DNA of 62,263 bases, the filler included, from Basidiobolus ranarum (taxonomy: Eukaryota): the NCBI GenBank assembly GCA_040143965.1. It is 16 parts of 16 records of this genome, joined end to end, with 100 filler letters (N's around TTAATTAATTAA, not from the genome) between each part and the next. Parts side by side here need not be neighbours in the genome. Positions count along the whole stretch, not along the records: positions 23,447 to 27,246 come from JASJQH010002279.1; positions 27,347 to 31,144 come from JASJQH010002280.1; positions 31,245 to 35,041 come from JASJQH010002281.1; positions 35,142 to 38,937 come from JASJQH010002282.1; 12 more parts are not named here. One strand, given 5' to 3'. The translations under genes were made by a program, and so were the position numbers. Below the pieces are notes generated by a model. The model did no database searches. It worked only from the letters and a program-made list of their open reading frames with translations, and was not told the origin of the DNA. Below are positions 24,145 through 37,602 of the stretch, in pieces. Every line of letters starts with the position of its first letter. Position 1 is the first letter of the stretch.

Positions 24145-25873
24145 CTTTGGGGATTTGTTACAAAAGAATAAATAGTGTCAAAGGGATCACCAGGAGCTGT
24201 CCTTGCCACTGACAAGAAGCAGAGGGAAGTACTGTCTACACTTCATCTACACCTTGGAGACTCATAATTGAGGCACATACACTCCAAATTTATCCAAACT
24301 ACTTGGTAAGCACCTAAGAGACCATATGAAACTAAATATCTGGATAATAGGCTACACATTAGAGATAAACTATTATCAAATCATAAAATTCTCATGGCTA
24401 ATCATATCAATTAGGTAAAAACTATGAGAAATCAGCTCTTGTCCATTGGAGCATCTTTTAATCAGGATGGTTTGGCATGACACTACTTGGGAACCTGTCA
24501 GAAAAGTTGGGGAACCTCATATTTGCCCTAGAATCAAGATTAGAGCCACTAGCAGTGGAATATGCTGGTGTTGAGCTCTTGCATGACATATTAGGGAGAT
24601 CCAATTCTCAGCAAAATAATAAAGATTGGGCATTCTTTAGAGCTGTAAAAGATCCAACAGGCTTCATTAATGATGCCCCTATAGAAAATCAGTCATCTGC
24701 AAGTGTTGCACAAAACCAAGCCACTTGATCAAAGATTGCACAAAAAGGATTTTTGCCAAAAAGCCAAAATTGGAACAACTAAGTCAAGAAAGCACAGATT
24801 AAGATCATTTATTTGTGTCTGCTCTATCCTTAACCACTAAAGACAACTCAAAAATGTGGTACATTGATTCAGGAGTTTCCCGGCCTGTGCCAAGCCAGAA
24901 AAATTGCTTTTCCAGCTTAAAACCCATCAGAGCAAGGAAAGTCTTCTCAGAAGATGATTATGCACTAGATGTAGATGATAAGGGCATTGTTGTGCTCAAC
25001 TTAAACAGAATATTGTGTTACTCTATTATGTCTTGCCCAAAAATAGTTCCATGATGGTATGATGTAGCTATATCCTATTGTAGCAATAAGATTAGCAAAC
25101 AGTGGATGAGTCATTACTTATCTGATCTATCAGCCTCAGTATATATACAGAATTAACTCACTCAATAAACTTACATTGAATTGTAGGTCCAAGATGGAAG
25201 TAAACTACCAAGCCCCAGATACTGTCAAAAAGGCAATTAAGATTGCTTTCACCTATGAAGAGTGCAAACATTATATTTGATGATAATCAAAGTTGTATTT
25301 CATTAGCTAAAAACTCTATGTTTCATACAGGAACAAAACATAGAGATATCAGGGATCATTTTCTTAGACAAGCAATAGAGAAAGATATAAAGGAACTTAT
25401 CTGTTGCCCCACTGAAGAAATGATTCCTAACATCTTAACCAAACCTTTTGCTAAAGCACAATTTGAATTATTAAGATATAAGTTAGGTTTAAGAGAAATA
25501 CAAATTGATTGGTTCAGTGGGAAAGCTCAAATTAGATAGAAGGCAACTCATTATTTAGTATGAGCTTATTCATATTCCATTTATTTAGTACTCAGACCTG
25601 CCATTCAAAAAGGTGTGTCTATTGCACTAATTGATTGAATTAGCAATTAGATCACATTCATCAATGTTCACAATTTTCTCAAATGTCTCCAAATCTTCTG
25701 AAATTTTTACTAATGCTTAACTGGCATGTCTGTAATGATCCAAGCACATCCAATAGTTGTGTTTCATAGTAAGCTATAAACAGGACATATTTAATTCAAT
25801 AGAACATAAGTGTCTAAATCACAAATCACAATCTTGTCCAAAACACCACCAAATGTCCTAAACACTCTTATCA
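24145..25873 (+). mobile_element. Decayed, deleted copia family B element: gag, protease, RNase H end and 3' LTR-B (about 25526-25873)
   Basis: LIFALESR, WYIDSG, DNQSCISLAKN..TKH..DHFLR; LTR-B homology ending TTATCA. Confidence 0.85.
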
Positions 25874-27246
25874 GACATTACAAACATTACCCCTGGAGAC
25901 TAATGGAAGAAACTTCCATCAAGATTGATTTCTTCAACGGAGAGCTCACTACTGATGAATGTAAGGAAAGAAAATTGCCTTGCTCATGCCATCAGATGGG
26001 ACATTAAGTTATGTATTATCCACATAGAAAGCCATGGGAAAGTAGGAAGAGCTTTAATATTGCTGCAACTATGGAATAGTCAGACAACAAACAGGAAGAA
26101 GTAGCTGAGGCTACTCAACAATTAACTGCTGAATATCTATGCAATACAAATGAGAACTCAGGAAGACTAGTATACCACAGTAAAGTTATAAATGGAACTA
26201 CTGCCAGCATCACAAATAACTCAAGGACATCACATGAGTATATAAAAACCCAGCCTGCCTATAGTGCAGTAATCTACTCAGAGCCTACTCCAACAACCAT
26301 AGTTTCTACCACAGATCAAACAGCAAACTCTAAATGTTCAATGACAAGTCCCTTACAGCTAACTGTGGGAGAATACCAGAATGACATTCAAGTTAACTTG
26401 TTTGATAGCTGTAAGTTTGACTTAGTGCTTGGAAAGGCTTTACTATATTAACAAAATGCAAATATTGACCAGAGAATGCATGATATTACTGTGACAAAAT
26501 CAGGCAAGATTTTGCAGCTTCCCCTCACCAAAATGTAGTATTACCTTACCAAGGCCAGCCACAAGGGGGATCTGTCTGCCAGTGAAAGTCAGTTCAGCCA
26601 AGCTGTTCACAAGAATCAACAAATGATTCTGATTGCTATATTACTGGACAAGGAGTTGAAGGAAATGCTAACTGCAATGACAGAAGTATAGAAGGGATAC
26701 TAGTATGTAAAGAGGAATTGAGAGTGCTTTTACCTGCTAAGGAAGTAGACAAAGAAGCAAATAAAGGAGACAGTGAACCTGTGGGCAAAGAACCCTACTG
26801 CATGAGTCCCTTAGAGTTATAAGCAGTTAAGAAGCAGATTGTCTGACTCTTTGAGCAAGGATACATAAGACCATGCAAGTCACCATGGAGAGCACCAGGC
26901 TTGTTGGCCAAGAAGAAAGGTGGACCTTAAGAATGTGCATTGACAATCAAGCACTGAACCCTGCCATTTTAAAAACAAATATCCTAACCTTAGCATAGAT
27001 GAGCTACTGGAACAACTTACTGGAGCCAAGAAACTTGGCCAAATTAGTCTTCTGTCATGCTACAATCAGATCTGAGAGAGACCAGAAGATATGCTTAAGA
27101 TTGCCTTTAGAAATAGATATGGACACTCTGAATATCTTGAAAGAAGTTTTGGCCTGATGAGTGCATCAACTATCTTCATGATATTAATGCAGAATGCTTT
27201 TACCAAATGTTTAGACCATTTTACCATTATTTATGTGGATGACATC
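25874..27246 (+). mobile_element. Decayed Ty3/gypsy gag, protease and RT
   Basis: CSCHQMGH knuckle, SPW..KKKGG..MCID remnants, AFRNRYGHSEY..FGL and IYVDDI. Confidence 0.88.
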
Positions 27247-27346
27247 NNNNNNNNNNNNNNNNNNNNNNNNNNNNNNNNNNNNNNNNNNNNTTAATTAATT
27301 AANNNNNNNNNNNNNNNNNNNNNNNNNNNNNNNNNNNNNNNNNNNN

Positions 27347-28596
27347 TGAAAAGATTTCTGCCTGATAAGTATTGGCAACATTGGGAGTTGTTTGTGGATA
27401 TTGTTAATATATTCTTACGGCATCAACTCACATTGGCAGATCTCAGGCAGATACAGCGACTGTGCGAAGATTTTGTAATTGGATATGAAAAACTTTATTA
27501 CAGGTTTAAAGAAGATAGACTGAATCTATGCTGGTATTCAATACATTCCCTGCTGCATCTTTCACAATGCTTAGAGATTATAGGCCCTTGCTATACATTC
27601 TGGGAGTTCCCAATGGAGCGCACCTGCGGTGAAATGATGCTCCGTGTGAAATTGTCAGTATTACCATATGCTAATCTGATTAACAATGTATCAGCAAAAT
27701 CAGTGATGGATGTAATGCAATGGGTTAAGGAGACTCCAGAGTATATTAACCTGCCAACAAAGGGCTCTTTTCAATGTGCTCACAGGTTTTTGCATTGTTT
27801 GAGCACAATAACAGCCACAAAGCCCAATCCATGGACACAGAGTAAGTACCTTTATAATTGGACTAATTTGCTTGTGTGATAATCTGACGGTATTTTTAGG
27901 AAAGCTGCAAGACAGACTTCTTGGTGAGATAGATGGAGATACGCAGTATTATTGTTTTAGCCATGGGGTAATCTATTCAAGCAATGACACATCTACTTGT
28001 GGCAGGACATTTGTTGACTGCAAGTTGGGGATATATTGGCTGAATTCTTTATGGAAATTTGCCAAATTCCAATAGCTTATTCTCAGTGTGGATGGTAATA
28101 AGATTCAGCTATTTGCCAAGTGTTAGTGCTATTCAAAATTTCAGATCTCTAGCAATTTTTTCACCATTAGTGTGCTGGTAAAGCATATGGATGTTGTTGA
28201 GTTATGTCTAATCAGTGAAGTATGTGCATATGTAGAGACTAAACACAAAGAAATTCTTGTTTTTTTTGATTCTCATTATGGCTGGAATACAAAGCCTGAA
28301 ATATATAAATAAAGGGATGCATGTAATTGAAACTCCTACAGTGTTAAACCCAATAATTTGCCATTCAAAAAATATATTTTTGCAAAAATTGCTGGATATT
28401 GAATAACACATGCCAAATTTGAGGATCAATATTTTAACATGTTTGAATACTGTTAAGATACCATCAAGAAACCACCATCACACCATCAAAATACCCTGCA
28501 GAATGCAAGACATCAATATTGTGATGGTTTGCTGATAGTTTTACTATTTTGGAGAGTGGATCCAATCCGGATCAAATAGATGTTATTTTGTTAGAG
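27347..28596 (+). mobile_element. CMC transposon: transposase C-terminus (DUF4218-like) and 3' terminus
   Basis: IHSLLHL..GP...WEFPMERTCG; subterminal CCATCA repeats; ends GTTAGAG|TA. Confidence 0.88.
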
Positions 28597-29447
28597 TATT
28601 ACCATCAACATTCATTAAGCTTTGTGCAGCTGGTGGCTTTGTGCAGTAACCATGCTGGCAATTATTTATTCTATTAAGTCTCCAGCTTTTATAGCACCAG
28701 AATCTGTGACAGTAATAGTAGGGCATTTTTCAGTATTTGTGTTGAGGAATGAAAAGCATATTGTGGAGTAAGAAACACCTACTAAGTCAGGGTGCTATTC
28801 AAGACATGTTGTATCAATATCACCAACTGATTTGGAGACAGTGGCACAGATGAGTCATCCAGTGATGTACAATATATTTCAGTAATGGATGGTAACTCTG
28901 ATTTATTATAAGCTGTTTCTAAGCAATTTGATTTTGCCAAGCCTACCTTGTGAAAATATGCAAACTACTCAAAAAGTTTTCAAACTCTAAATTATAATTG
29001 GCTTCCAAGTCAAAGCCTGCTGACACAAAAGGAAAAGAAGCATCTACAACTGAGGACTTAGTTTAAGAGCAGTCTAGCAATATACTCTCCACTTTGGAAG
29101 ATATTAACATGCTAGAAACTAACTCAAATAATAATAAAGGTTTATTAGGGTACAAGAAGTATTCAATTCTGGCTATAGTTCACATGAAGAGTTTGCAATC
29201 CACTTATCACATAATAAAACAGTAGTTGAGCAAAGTTCAACAGAAACACCATCAAGCCCAACAGCATCTAAAATACCTACATTGCAAACTATTGAACTAC
29301 ACCCCATAGACAATTTTGATAGATACATAAAAATAAGGGAGTCTCAGGCAGAACACAATAATGACTCTTAGGCAATCATAAATCAAAAATACAAAGTTTC
29401 TGGGCAGGGCACAACAAGTAATTATGCCAGAATATCACAATTAATTC
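28597..29447 (-). mobile_element. CMC transposon 5' region in inverted orientation
   Basis: Homologous to 530-1360 and 53640-54326. Confidence 0.8.
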
Positions 29448-29813
29448 TGTCACAATGAGGAACTGGACATGGACTGGAAACAACAACAAGAGTCTAGAAG
29501 GCAGGAGAGTACTTGAGTGTAGACCACAAGATAAGACAAGACCAGACTGGACAGGGAAGCCCAACCTCCCAACACTTGAACTTGCCACAGTATATTCCCT
29601 ATTCAATATATTATGTTTCACCCTGCAATATCTATATAAGCTCCATGTATTCCTTGATCAGATCTCAGTATGATCAATGCCAGTTTTCAATAAAGGTTTT
29701 TGCCAAAGTATCTTCCTTGTCCAGTCTTGTCTTGTGGTCTACACCCAAGTACTCCCCTGCCTTCTAGCCTCTTGTTGGTGTTCCCAGTCCTTGTCCAGTT
29801 CCTTATTGTGACA
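29448..29813. repeat. Inverted pair of LTR-like fragments (about 110-bp arms starting TGTCACAAT)
   Basis: 29448-29560 is the approximate reverse complement of 29710-29813. Confidence 0.85.
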
Positions 29814-31144
29814 CATGGGGCTTATATAGATATTGCAAGGTGAAATATAATATATTGAATTGGGAATATACTGTGGCAAATTTGAGAGTAAGGGTGTTGT
29901 TGACTACAAGGACCAAGACAAAGAGGGATGATGTAAGGATGATCAGGTGACCTTTCATTGAAGCTCTTGGCAGAAATACACTGTGTGAGGGATGACATGA
30001 TTGGTTTGGTGGCATGGAATGTTGCAAAGAACATGACTTCCTTATAAGGTAATCCGGATGAATTAACACAAGATTGCCAAGACAGAATTGCACAACAGAT
30101 ACAATGTTGTAATCTAATAATAGAAGAGTTCTATTTGCAGTGGATCAGTATGGCAAGATCAGAATCATTACGGTATCCCTTTCTTTAGTGATTGCTTCCA
30201 GACATCATAGGGCCAGGTTTTTCTGGATAGGCTTTGTGAAACTCCTGACAAAGTTCCTTAGAATTGGAAAGAGTTGTTGCTGGCTCCCATGCTTGATCAT
30301 TAGTTGTGTATCCCTTCCAGTCCACTAAAAATTGCAATTTACATCAATCAATCCTGGAATCTAGAATTTTGCTAACTTCATATTCAGGGTGTTCTTCTAC
30401 TTGGATTGCTGGGGGTGGGTCAATGGATTGGCCCTGAAAGGTGTTTCTGGCATGTGGCTCTAAGAGAGACACATGGTATTCATTGTGGACTTTGGAATGG
30501 GCAGGAGTTCAAGGTGGAAGGCAATGGAATTGATTTGCTTGATAATCTTTAAAGGCCCTAGTCTTTTATAATCAAGTTAAGCACATGGTCAAGTGGTTTT
30601 GATATTTTGCTGGAGTAGCCAAACATACTTTCCTGGCTTGAGATCTGGGTTTGGCTTTCTTTTTGTATCAGCAAAGTTCTTGTATTGGGATTGAGCATGC
30701 ACCAACTCAGATATTAATTGTTTGTGCATGTCCTTAAGGTAAGTGGCATGGTCTGAGGCAGCAGGGCAAGGCAGATTGGATGATGGGTCAAATGTGAAAC
30801 AAGCAAGAGTCCATAATTTGCAAAGAAAGCAGTTTGTTTTGTTGAGGTATGATGAGAGTTTTGTCCAATTATCCTGAATATAGTTGATAGTGCATTGCAA
30901 AGATTTTTCCAAACTTGATTGACTCTTTCTGTTTGCCATCAGATTAGGGATGGAAGGCAGTAGAGAGATTGGCAGAGATAAGCAAGGTATGGAGGAGATG
31001 TTTGCAGAATTTGGAAGCAAACTGAGGTCCTTGGTCACAGATGATAGTTTCAGGGAGGCCATGTAGGTGGAAGATGTTCTGAGTTACCAATTCTGCTGTT
31101 TGTTTTGCATCAATTGACTTGTTGCAGGGCACAAAGTGGGCCAT
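29814..31144 (-). mobile_element. Decayed Ty3/gypsy integrase and downstream LTR-like sequence
   Basis: MAHFVPC..HGLPETIICDQGPQFAS..STAFHP; GPY/F-type GKYVWL..NIKTT..LDYKRLGP. Confidence 0.88.
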
Positions 31145-31754
31145 NNNNNNNNNNNNNNNNNNNNNNNNNNNNNNNNNNNNNNNNNNNNTTAATTAATTAA
31201 NNNNNNNNNNNNNNNNNNNNNNNNNNNNNNNNNNNNNNNNNNNNCTCAATCCAATCACATTTTCATCCAATTAGAAGCTTACATGCTTGAATGAATAATT
31301 TGCCGATCAAAAAATGATGAATCAAGCAGTCCTGATCACTACTATCATACTGCAGATTGATCCATCATCAACTGCTGTGATATGTCACTGGTGTGCCAAA
31401 ACTACTGGTGTTTTGTAATGCAGGAGCTGTTGTGCCCAATTGAAAATCAGGGTATTGTGGTAGTGAGGGACAAATGATTGGCCTAAAAACATGTGAATGT
31501 CTCGGTGATACATTTGATGGGGTAAGTTACTGTATAAATTGTTTATTGTTACTCATTCAGTAATTGGTAAGTTACAAACCAGGGGATGAACTTACTTTGT
31601 CAGTTACCCAAAATTGTAACTTGGCAATACTAAATTGGGTAACTTGGTATGGGCTGGCATGATATCTCCAATAAAATCATGTGCCTGATTGTGGTGGGAT
31701 AGTGCCATATTGTTCCTTATAGTTTCCAATTGAGTGTTATAGGACCCCGCCATG

Positions 31755-31837
31755 GTAATTGACAGATTGCACCAGATGGTGTGCTAGCAGGCTGGATCAA
31801 GTGGCATGATCTGACCTGGTCCAATGGAACAAGTCTA
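31755..31837 (+). repeat. 83-bp dispersed repeat end, second copy at 42942-43024
   Basis: Ungapped alignment with 9 differences. Confidence 0.9.
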
Positions 31838-32799
31838 ATAAGCCTAAGCATCTAACTGGCATATCAAAATCTTTTCTTCAACAATTCCAATTCCCTAAAT
31901 CCTTCTGACATTTTATGATCGCCAAGCTAGATGTCAAAGAAATATGCACTGGTACCATCATTATAGTTTCTTCATCAACAGATAAGTTTGAAAATGTAAG
32001 TGTTTGTTTTTGCAAGTTCAAGATTCAAATGGTGACAATAGACAAGGTCCTTTGAGTATTGGTTTCTGGAAAATGAATAGAGCTCAAGTGGCCACCATAA
32101 GCTATCCCTCACTATCACAAGAAGCTACAAAAAACACTTTTGACACTTTGTCTATATCTCAGAGACACACAATTGATGCATGTACACTTTGTGAAAATAT
32201 TTTAAATGCTGGGAAACCACTTGAGAGACTTTATATGACCATAAGCCCAGCACATAGGCCAGAAACCAGGTTATTATTACTTTCATATCTCATGACTTCT
32301 GTAAATTGTATTGGTATCATATATTTCAATGCAAGGAAAAGTATTTGTGCCAAAAGGAAAAAAAGCAACAAGCAAATCAAATTAACAGTGATATTTCATC
32401 TATTTGGGTCTGTCCTATCAGCAACCTGTAAGAAAAATCAGAAACATAACACTTTGTTTCTGCAGCTTTGCAGCATATGTCAAATAAAAAGTTTGGTATT
32501 CCAGCATTTGACCAATCCACAGAAGGAAAATCTACTCTGGAGATGACTATATACTTAATGTTGCTGGTAAGGATGCAGTACTGTTCAATTTAAACCAAAA
32601 CACAGCTGCACTATTTGCAAAACTGGATCATATACTCAATGGACCAGTTATAGCCAGCAATTTCCTATCAGTAAGCTTTGCAACATCCTAAGGACTAAAT
32701 TTTAAGGTTTGCTGGATGCACTATTGTAGATCAGAGTAATACCAAATTAGCTAATGAGGTCAAAACTTGCAATTAATACAGGCTCAAAATCAACAAAAT

Positions 32800-33069
32800 A
32801 CCAAGGGGACCACCAGTAGCTACCATTGCCTTTCACAAGAGGCAGAGGAATGCACTCTCCACACTTTGTCTACATCTATGAGCCTCTCAATTGGGGCACT
32901 TGAACTCAGTCAAAAACATCATACCTGCTTTGGAAACACTTGAGAAACTACATGAGACTAAAAGTCCAGCTAACAGGTTTTATCTCAGACAAAGATTCTT
33001 TGTAATTTACATATAATTTCAATGATTCTATGGCTAAACATATAAATCAGATAAAAACTATGGCAGATC
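32800..33069 (+). mobile_element. Copia family B gag fragment
   Basis: Homologous to the reverse complement of 50720-50990. Confidence 0.8.
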
Positions 33070-34040
33070 TGATAAAAGTGCTTAGAGGATATGGAAGTGT
33101 CTTGGACATGATTTCCATCTGTGAATTTTGCACTTGAATTTTATTGTGTTGAATATGTCCTATTTAAAGTTTGCTAGAAATAGAACTATTTGATATTCTT
33201 TGATCATAACAAACATGCATGTAAAACATCAGTAAAAACATGAGATGATTTGGAGAAGTTTTGAAAAAATAGTAAAAATGAGCAAAAGTGATTGAATTGA
33301 TATTTTTACCAATTAGAGCAATAAACACAAGTTTTTGAATGGCAGAGTTGAGTTTTAAATAATCAGAATATGAATAAATAACTACTAAATAAGGAGTAAC
33401 TGTTTATCAAATTGCAAGATTCTCACTCAACTAAATATTTTTTATTTTTCATACACTTAGCTTAAAACTTAATAATTTAAATTGTGCTTGAGCTAAAGGG
33501 TTGGCTAAGATGGCAGCAATCATTTCTTTAATTAGGCATTAGACAAGTTTAATTATATCATTCCTCTTTGCTTCTCTAACAAAATGAAGCCCAAAACATA
33601 CATTTTTTGTTCCAGCCCAAAAGTAGGGCTTCTAGCTAAAGAAATACAACTTGGAGTATCTTGTAATAAAGTGGTAGTATGTTTTTGCATGTAACCTAAG
33701 TCTGTAAAAAACTTCCTTAACCACATAGCTTTTTGTAGTTGCAGTGGTTGCTTTTTGTTATTCCCAGTTGTGGCTTCATAAACATAGAGAAAGGTATACC
33801 TAGTTGTTGATCTTTTATCATCAGGGTTTTGTCTCCAGTCTGCATCACTGTAGCCTTCAAAATTTTGTGCATCAGGAGTGCCAGAGCATTCCAGAGCCTG
33901 ATCTACAGTTCCTCACAAATATCTGAATATTTCTTTGACTGCAGTTTTATGCTCAGATCCAGGAGTTTTGAGATTTTGGCTGATAGTTCTGTCTGTGACA
34001 GCAATGTCTGAGCATGTTCCAACCTTTGTATACATTAAAC
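33070..34040 (-). mobile_element. Copia family B 3' end: RT/RNase H remnants, PPT and 3' LTR-B (about 33070-33419)
   Basis: GYSDADW and KRSTTR remnants; purine-rich tract next to LTR-B. Confidence 0.82.
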
Positions 34041-35041
34041 TGCTGAAATTAGCATTGCCTAAACACCTATACTGTTGTATAAAGCTTAGTGCTTAGTTAC
34101 CTTATAACTCACTAAGATATTATATACAATTCTCAATTTGAATTTACTCAGAATGTTTCAACCACTTTAAGAGTTCTCAGATATATAGATTTTTCAAACT
34201 TGTGCTAGAAGCCCCAAACTTTGAGCGCATGTTCCTGGGACCTTTCTTAGCACATTCTACACATTAGTTTGGTTACATCTTAACAAAACTATCAATGTCA
34301 ACTGAATATTCAGTTAATAAATAGGTGAAAACCATCAATTTCTCTGATTCTCCAAACCACTTCTAACAGGCCCCCAAATACTTCAACAGGTTGTGAGCCC
34401 CAAGCTTTCACTCTCTGTAATGTCTAATTCTCTGATTTATGCAAGTTTTCCCTCTTCTGAAAAAATGATTACCAAGTTTGGAAAATTAAAATGAAGGTGC
34501 TGCTGCAAGAAAAAGGACTTTGGGACTCTATTGTAGAAGAAGAAAGTAATGCAAAACTATCTAAACCAAAGCTTTACTCCATGTTAAAAAAGAACAAAGT
34601 GCATTTAACATAATATGTCTTAATGATAAAGACAAATTGCCAATTCAATGTTTAAGAGTCTGAAACTATTAAGAAGGTATGGAAAGCCTTGGAAGTCACT
34701 TACCAGATATGTTCTGCTGCTAACAAGATATTTATAAGAAGACATTTCTTGAACCTATAGATGAAACCATGACAAAACATTAATTCACTAATTAATAGAG
34801 TCACTATTTTAGTGGATGATATGGAATGCATTGGAGTATCTATTGTTTAGCAAGATATTGTAGTTACAGTCCCAAATTGGCTGCCACACAAGTTTTAGAG
34901 CCCAGTAAAGGTTTGAGATTCAAGAACTGAAAATTTAACTTCAAATTATGTATATAGCAGAATTCTGGCTAAAGATTTATGAATATTGGGATCCAACCAA
35001 AAGAATGAAGCCAATTTGCTAATAGGATATGGGAAGCCTTC
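34041..35041 (+). mobile_element. Copia family A: 5' LTR (34041-34388), PBS GGTTGTGAGCCC (34389-34400) and decayed gag
   Basis: Homologous to 2445-3310. Confidence 0.9.
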
Positions 35042-35141
35042 NNNNNNNNNNNNNNNNNNNNNNNNNNNNNNNNNNNNNNNNNNNNTTAATTAATTAANNN
35101 NNNNNNNNNNNNNNNNNNNNNNNNNNNNNNNNNNNNNNNNN

Positions 35142-35244
35142 AAGCGTCGACTATTTCTCTAAGCTTTTCCTCGGACAGTATGAATCCACGCTCAAGTTCA
35201 TGCAAAGCGCTCGTTTGCTTTTCGTTCAAAGAGATAGGAGACAT
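35142..35244 (-). CDS. Hexokinase paralog, N-terminal fragment (truncated by contig end)
   Basis: MSPISLNEKQTSALHELERGFILSEEKLREIVDA closely matches the N-terminus of the hexokinase at 38687. Confidence 0.75.
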
Positions 35245-37602
35245 GTTGGTTCTACCGCTTTATTGAATAGTAAAAGTTGATGGGCTGTTGAAATGGAGGA
35301 TTATTGAATTGATATGACATGGAACAATTCATGTCACATTTATATTCTAGCGCTGAAACTTCTCCGTCATCCCAGTTAACCAGGGCGCTAATACCCCTGC
35401 GTATTTACTCTGATGAGCCACAAAATACTTATAGGTTACGGAATTATTTAATCCCTTACCGCATTGGTTAACAGGTGACATAACCATATATACCGTTGAT
35501 AATAATCAAAATTCAACGTCGATTTCAAGCTGTAAAATCCAGTTTCAAGCAGGTAGCTATATATCCCGAAGAGGGCCAAAACAGACCTATGAAAGCGTAA
35601 CTGCTACGCAATAGGATTGACACACGAACTCTATAGAGAGCCATCAGCTGGAAGCACAAAGGATAACTTTGACGTCTGGGGTACTGGATAGATGTTAGAG
35701 ACGACTGCCAGTTCTCGATCAAACATAAACAAGCTCAGCCACAAATGTGACAACATTCGATAAATTCGGTAAGTCTCCAAAAATGTGCTGAATCTGTATA
35801 CTTGGATACAACTTCAGACTGAAATGAAAGGAAAGAGTATTCTTTATTGAGAGACTGAAACAGCATCACTTACATATATCGAAGATAGCCTTATTTAGAA
35901 CATTCTCGGTATATGTTTGAAATTGGACTACAAGAACCTTTAGTGAAGCAAATTATAGATATATATACTCAGAAACCGGCTGCCTTTTTTATCGACCACC
36001 GTATTGGTAAACGGCGACCTAGGTTTACAGATTTTTGTAGTAATAGAAGAAACCCAGATTGAGTAGGAAAAGGGACGTCACCATGGTTAAATCTAGTGCG
36101 GCTTGGTCGTCAACATTTAATAGCTAATTCAACCATTCAAAACGATATGATTCGCCAGTCTTCATGGCAAGTACCTATGACATTTAAATGATTCAAATTT
36201 GATAAATGGCTTGGAGACGATAGATTGATATTCTAGAATCCAGACCAAAACTGGTCATGTGCTTGGAAGTCAATATTCAGGCTAATGTTGGCCAGAATTG
36301 TAGCAATTACGAGCTTATTGGTGGATGATTTTGAGCGATTTTCTCCTTCCACCTTCAGAAGAGAGGAACTCGGATTAGCTTCAAAGAATGACAAGGAAGC
36401 GATCTGTAGGAGGTATAGCCATCTAGGAGTACCAATTCCAAGATTTATACTAGTTACTTCGAACAGGTAGCACAAAACCACCGATTGTCCCAACAGTAAC
36501 GACCATGCGTATGAGACAACAACTGAATTAACAATGCGCTTAACACCAGTAATTTACATAGCCGGTAATAGAACGATTACCAGAGATAGTAATAGTGGCT
36601 GAAATAGGATCAACAATATTACGGCGGAACGACCAAACAGGAGAGTTCATTTGAGACCTAATCCAGCACCTATCTGGACCAAACCCTCAATCAACTGACG
36701 GTGTCCCTATATATGTCCAAGGCCCTACTGTTTAAGCCTAGAGCGACTACAACAATATAGGTAATGATACGCCACAAACTAAAATAATCGCTTGGTACCT
36801 CTTAAAAATTACCGAGCTTACAAACTTTGTTTTCTAGTTCTGGAATGATAAGACTGCCTAAGTTGCTATTTTTACTTCTGTACTTCAGATAGTAGCACAG
36901 AAGTAACTACGGAATCGACACATGAGATTCGGTATAATCGGGTTGTCTTCCAGATTCCATTTTTGCAGGCTTAAGAATGGTATCAAAAAATCACACTAAC
37001 CCTCTTAAACCAAAAAATGTAAAGAAATATCTATATGGAGAGCAAGCAGTTAAGGTGCCCTGTATGGTTCAGTTGTCTCTAATTGAAAACCTCTTCAGTC
37101 TTTAGTAACATTTTTGAAGATATAGAAGAGCCAAATAATGTTATTGCTTAGTTGCGAAACATGGAAATTAGATATACATATTCATAACACAGGATATACC
37201 TCGAAAACATTATAAATTATTTCCATAAATATTCTTGGGATTCTTTTGTACCTGTACAAGTGTCAAAACTTTACTTAACATATAGATTGTAAATTCTCCT
37301 AACACTTTTTATATGTCTATAATAATTGTACAGCAATAGATAGCTGCAACCAAAAGGAGCCAATGATACCACATACACCCATTGAAGCACATGAGTATAA
37401 GTACCATGAGACAATGGAAAAAAGTATACAAATGAGCTCCATGGCCTCAGTGCCTGCAGAGCCATCAGGCTCTAAGATAGTCAGAACGCTAGAAAAGCAC
37501 TATCTAAATACCGTCAAGTGTAGAAAATTCAGATAAAAACCTGTTTTGACATCTTCACATGGATAGCAATATTCAATGCCATGTATAAAGTATTGCATAA
37601 AC

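Noticed and set aside
36233..36650. Hydrophobic minus-strand frame between the hexokinases
   Set aside because: Internal stop and no recognisable motif
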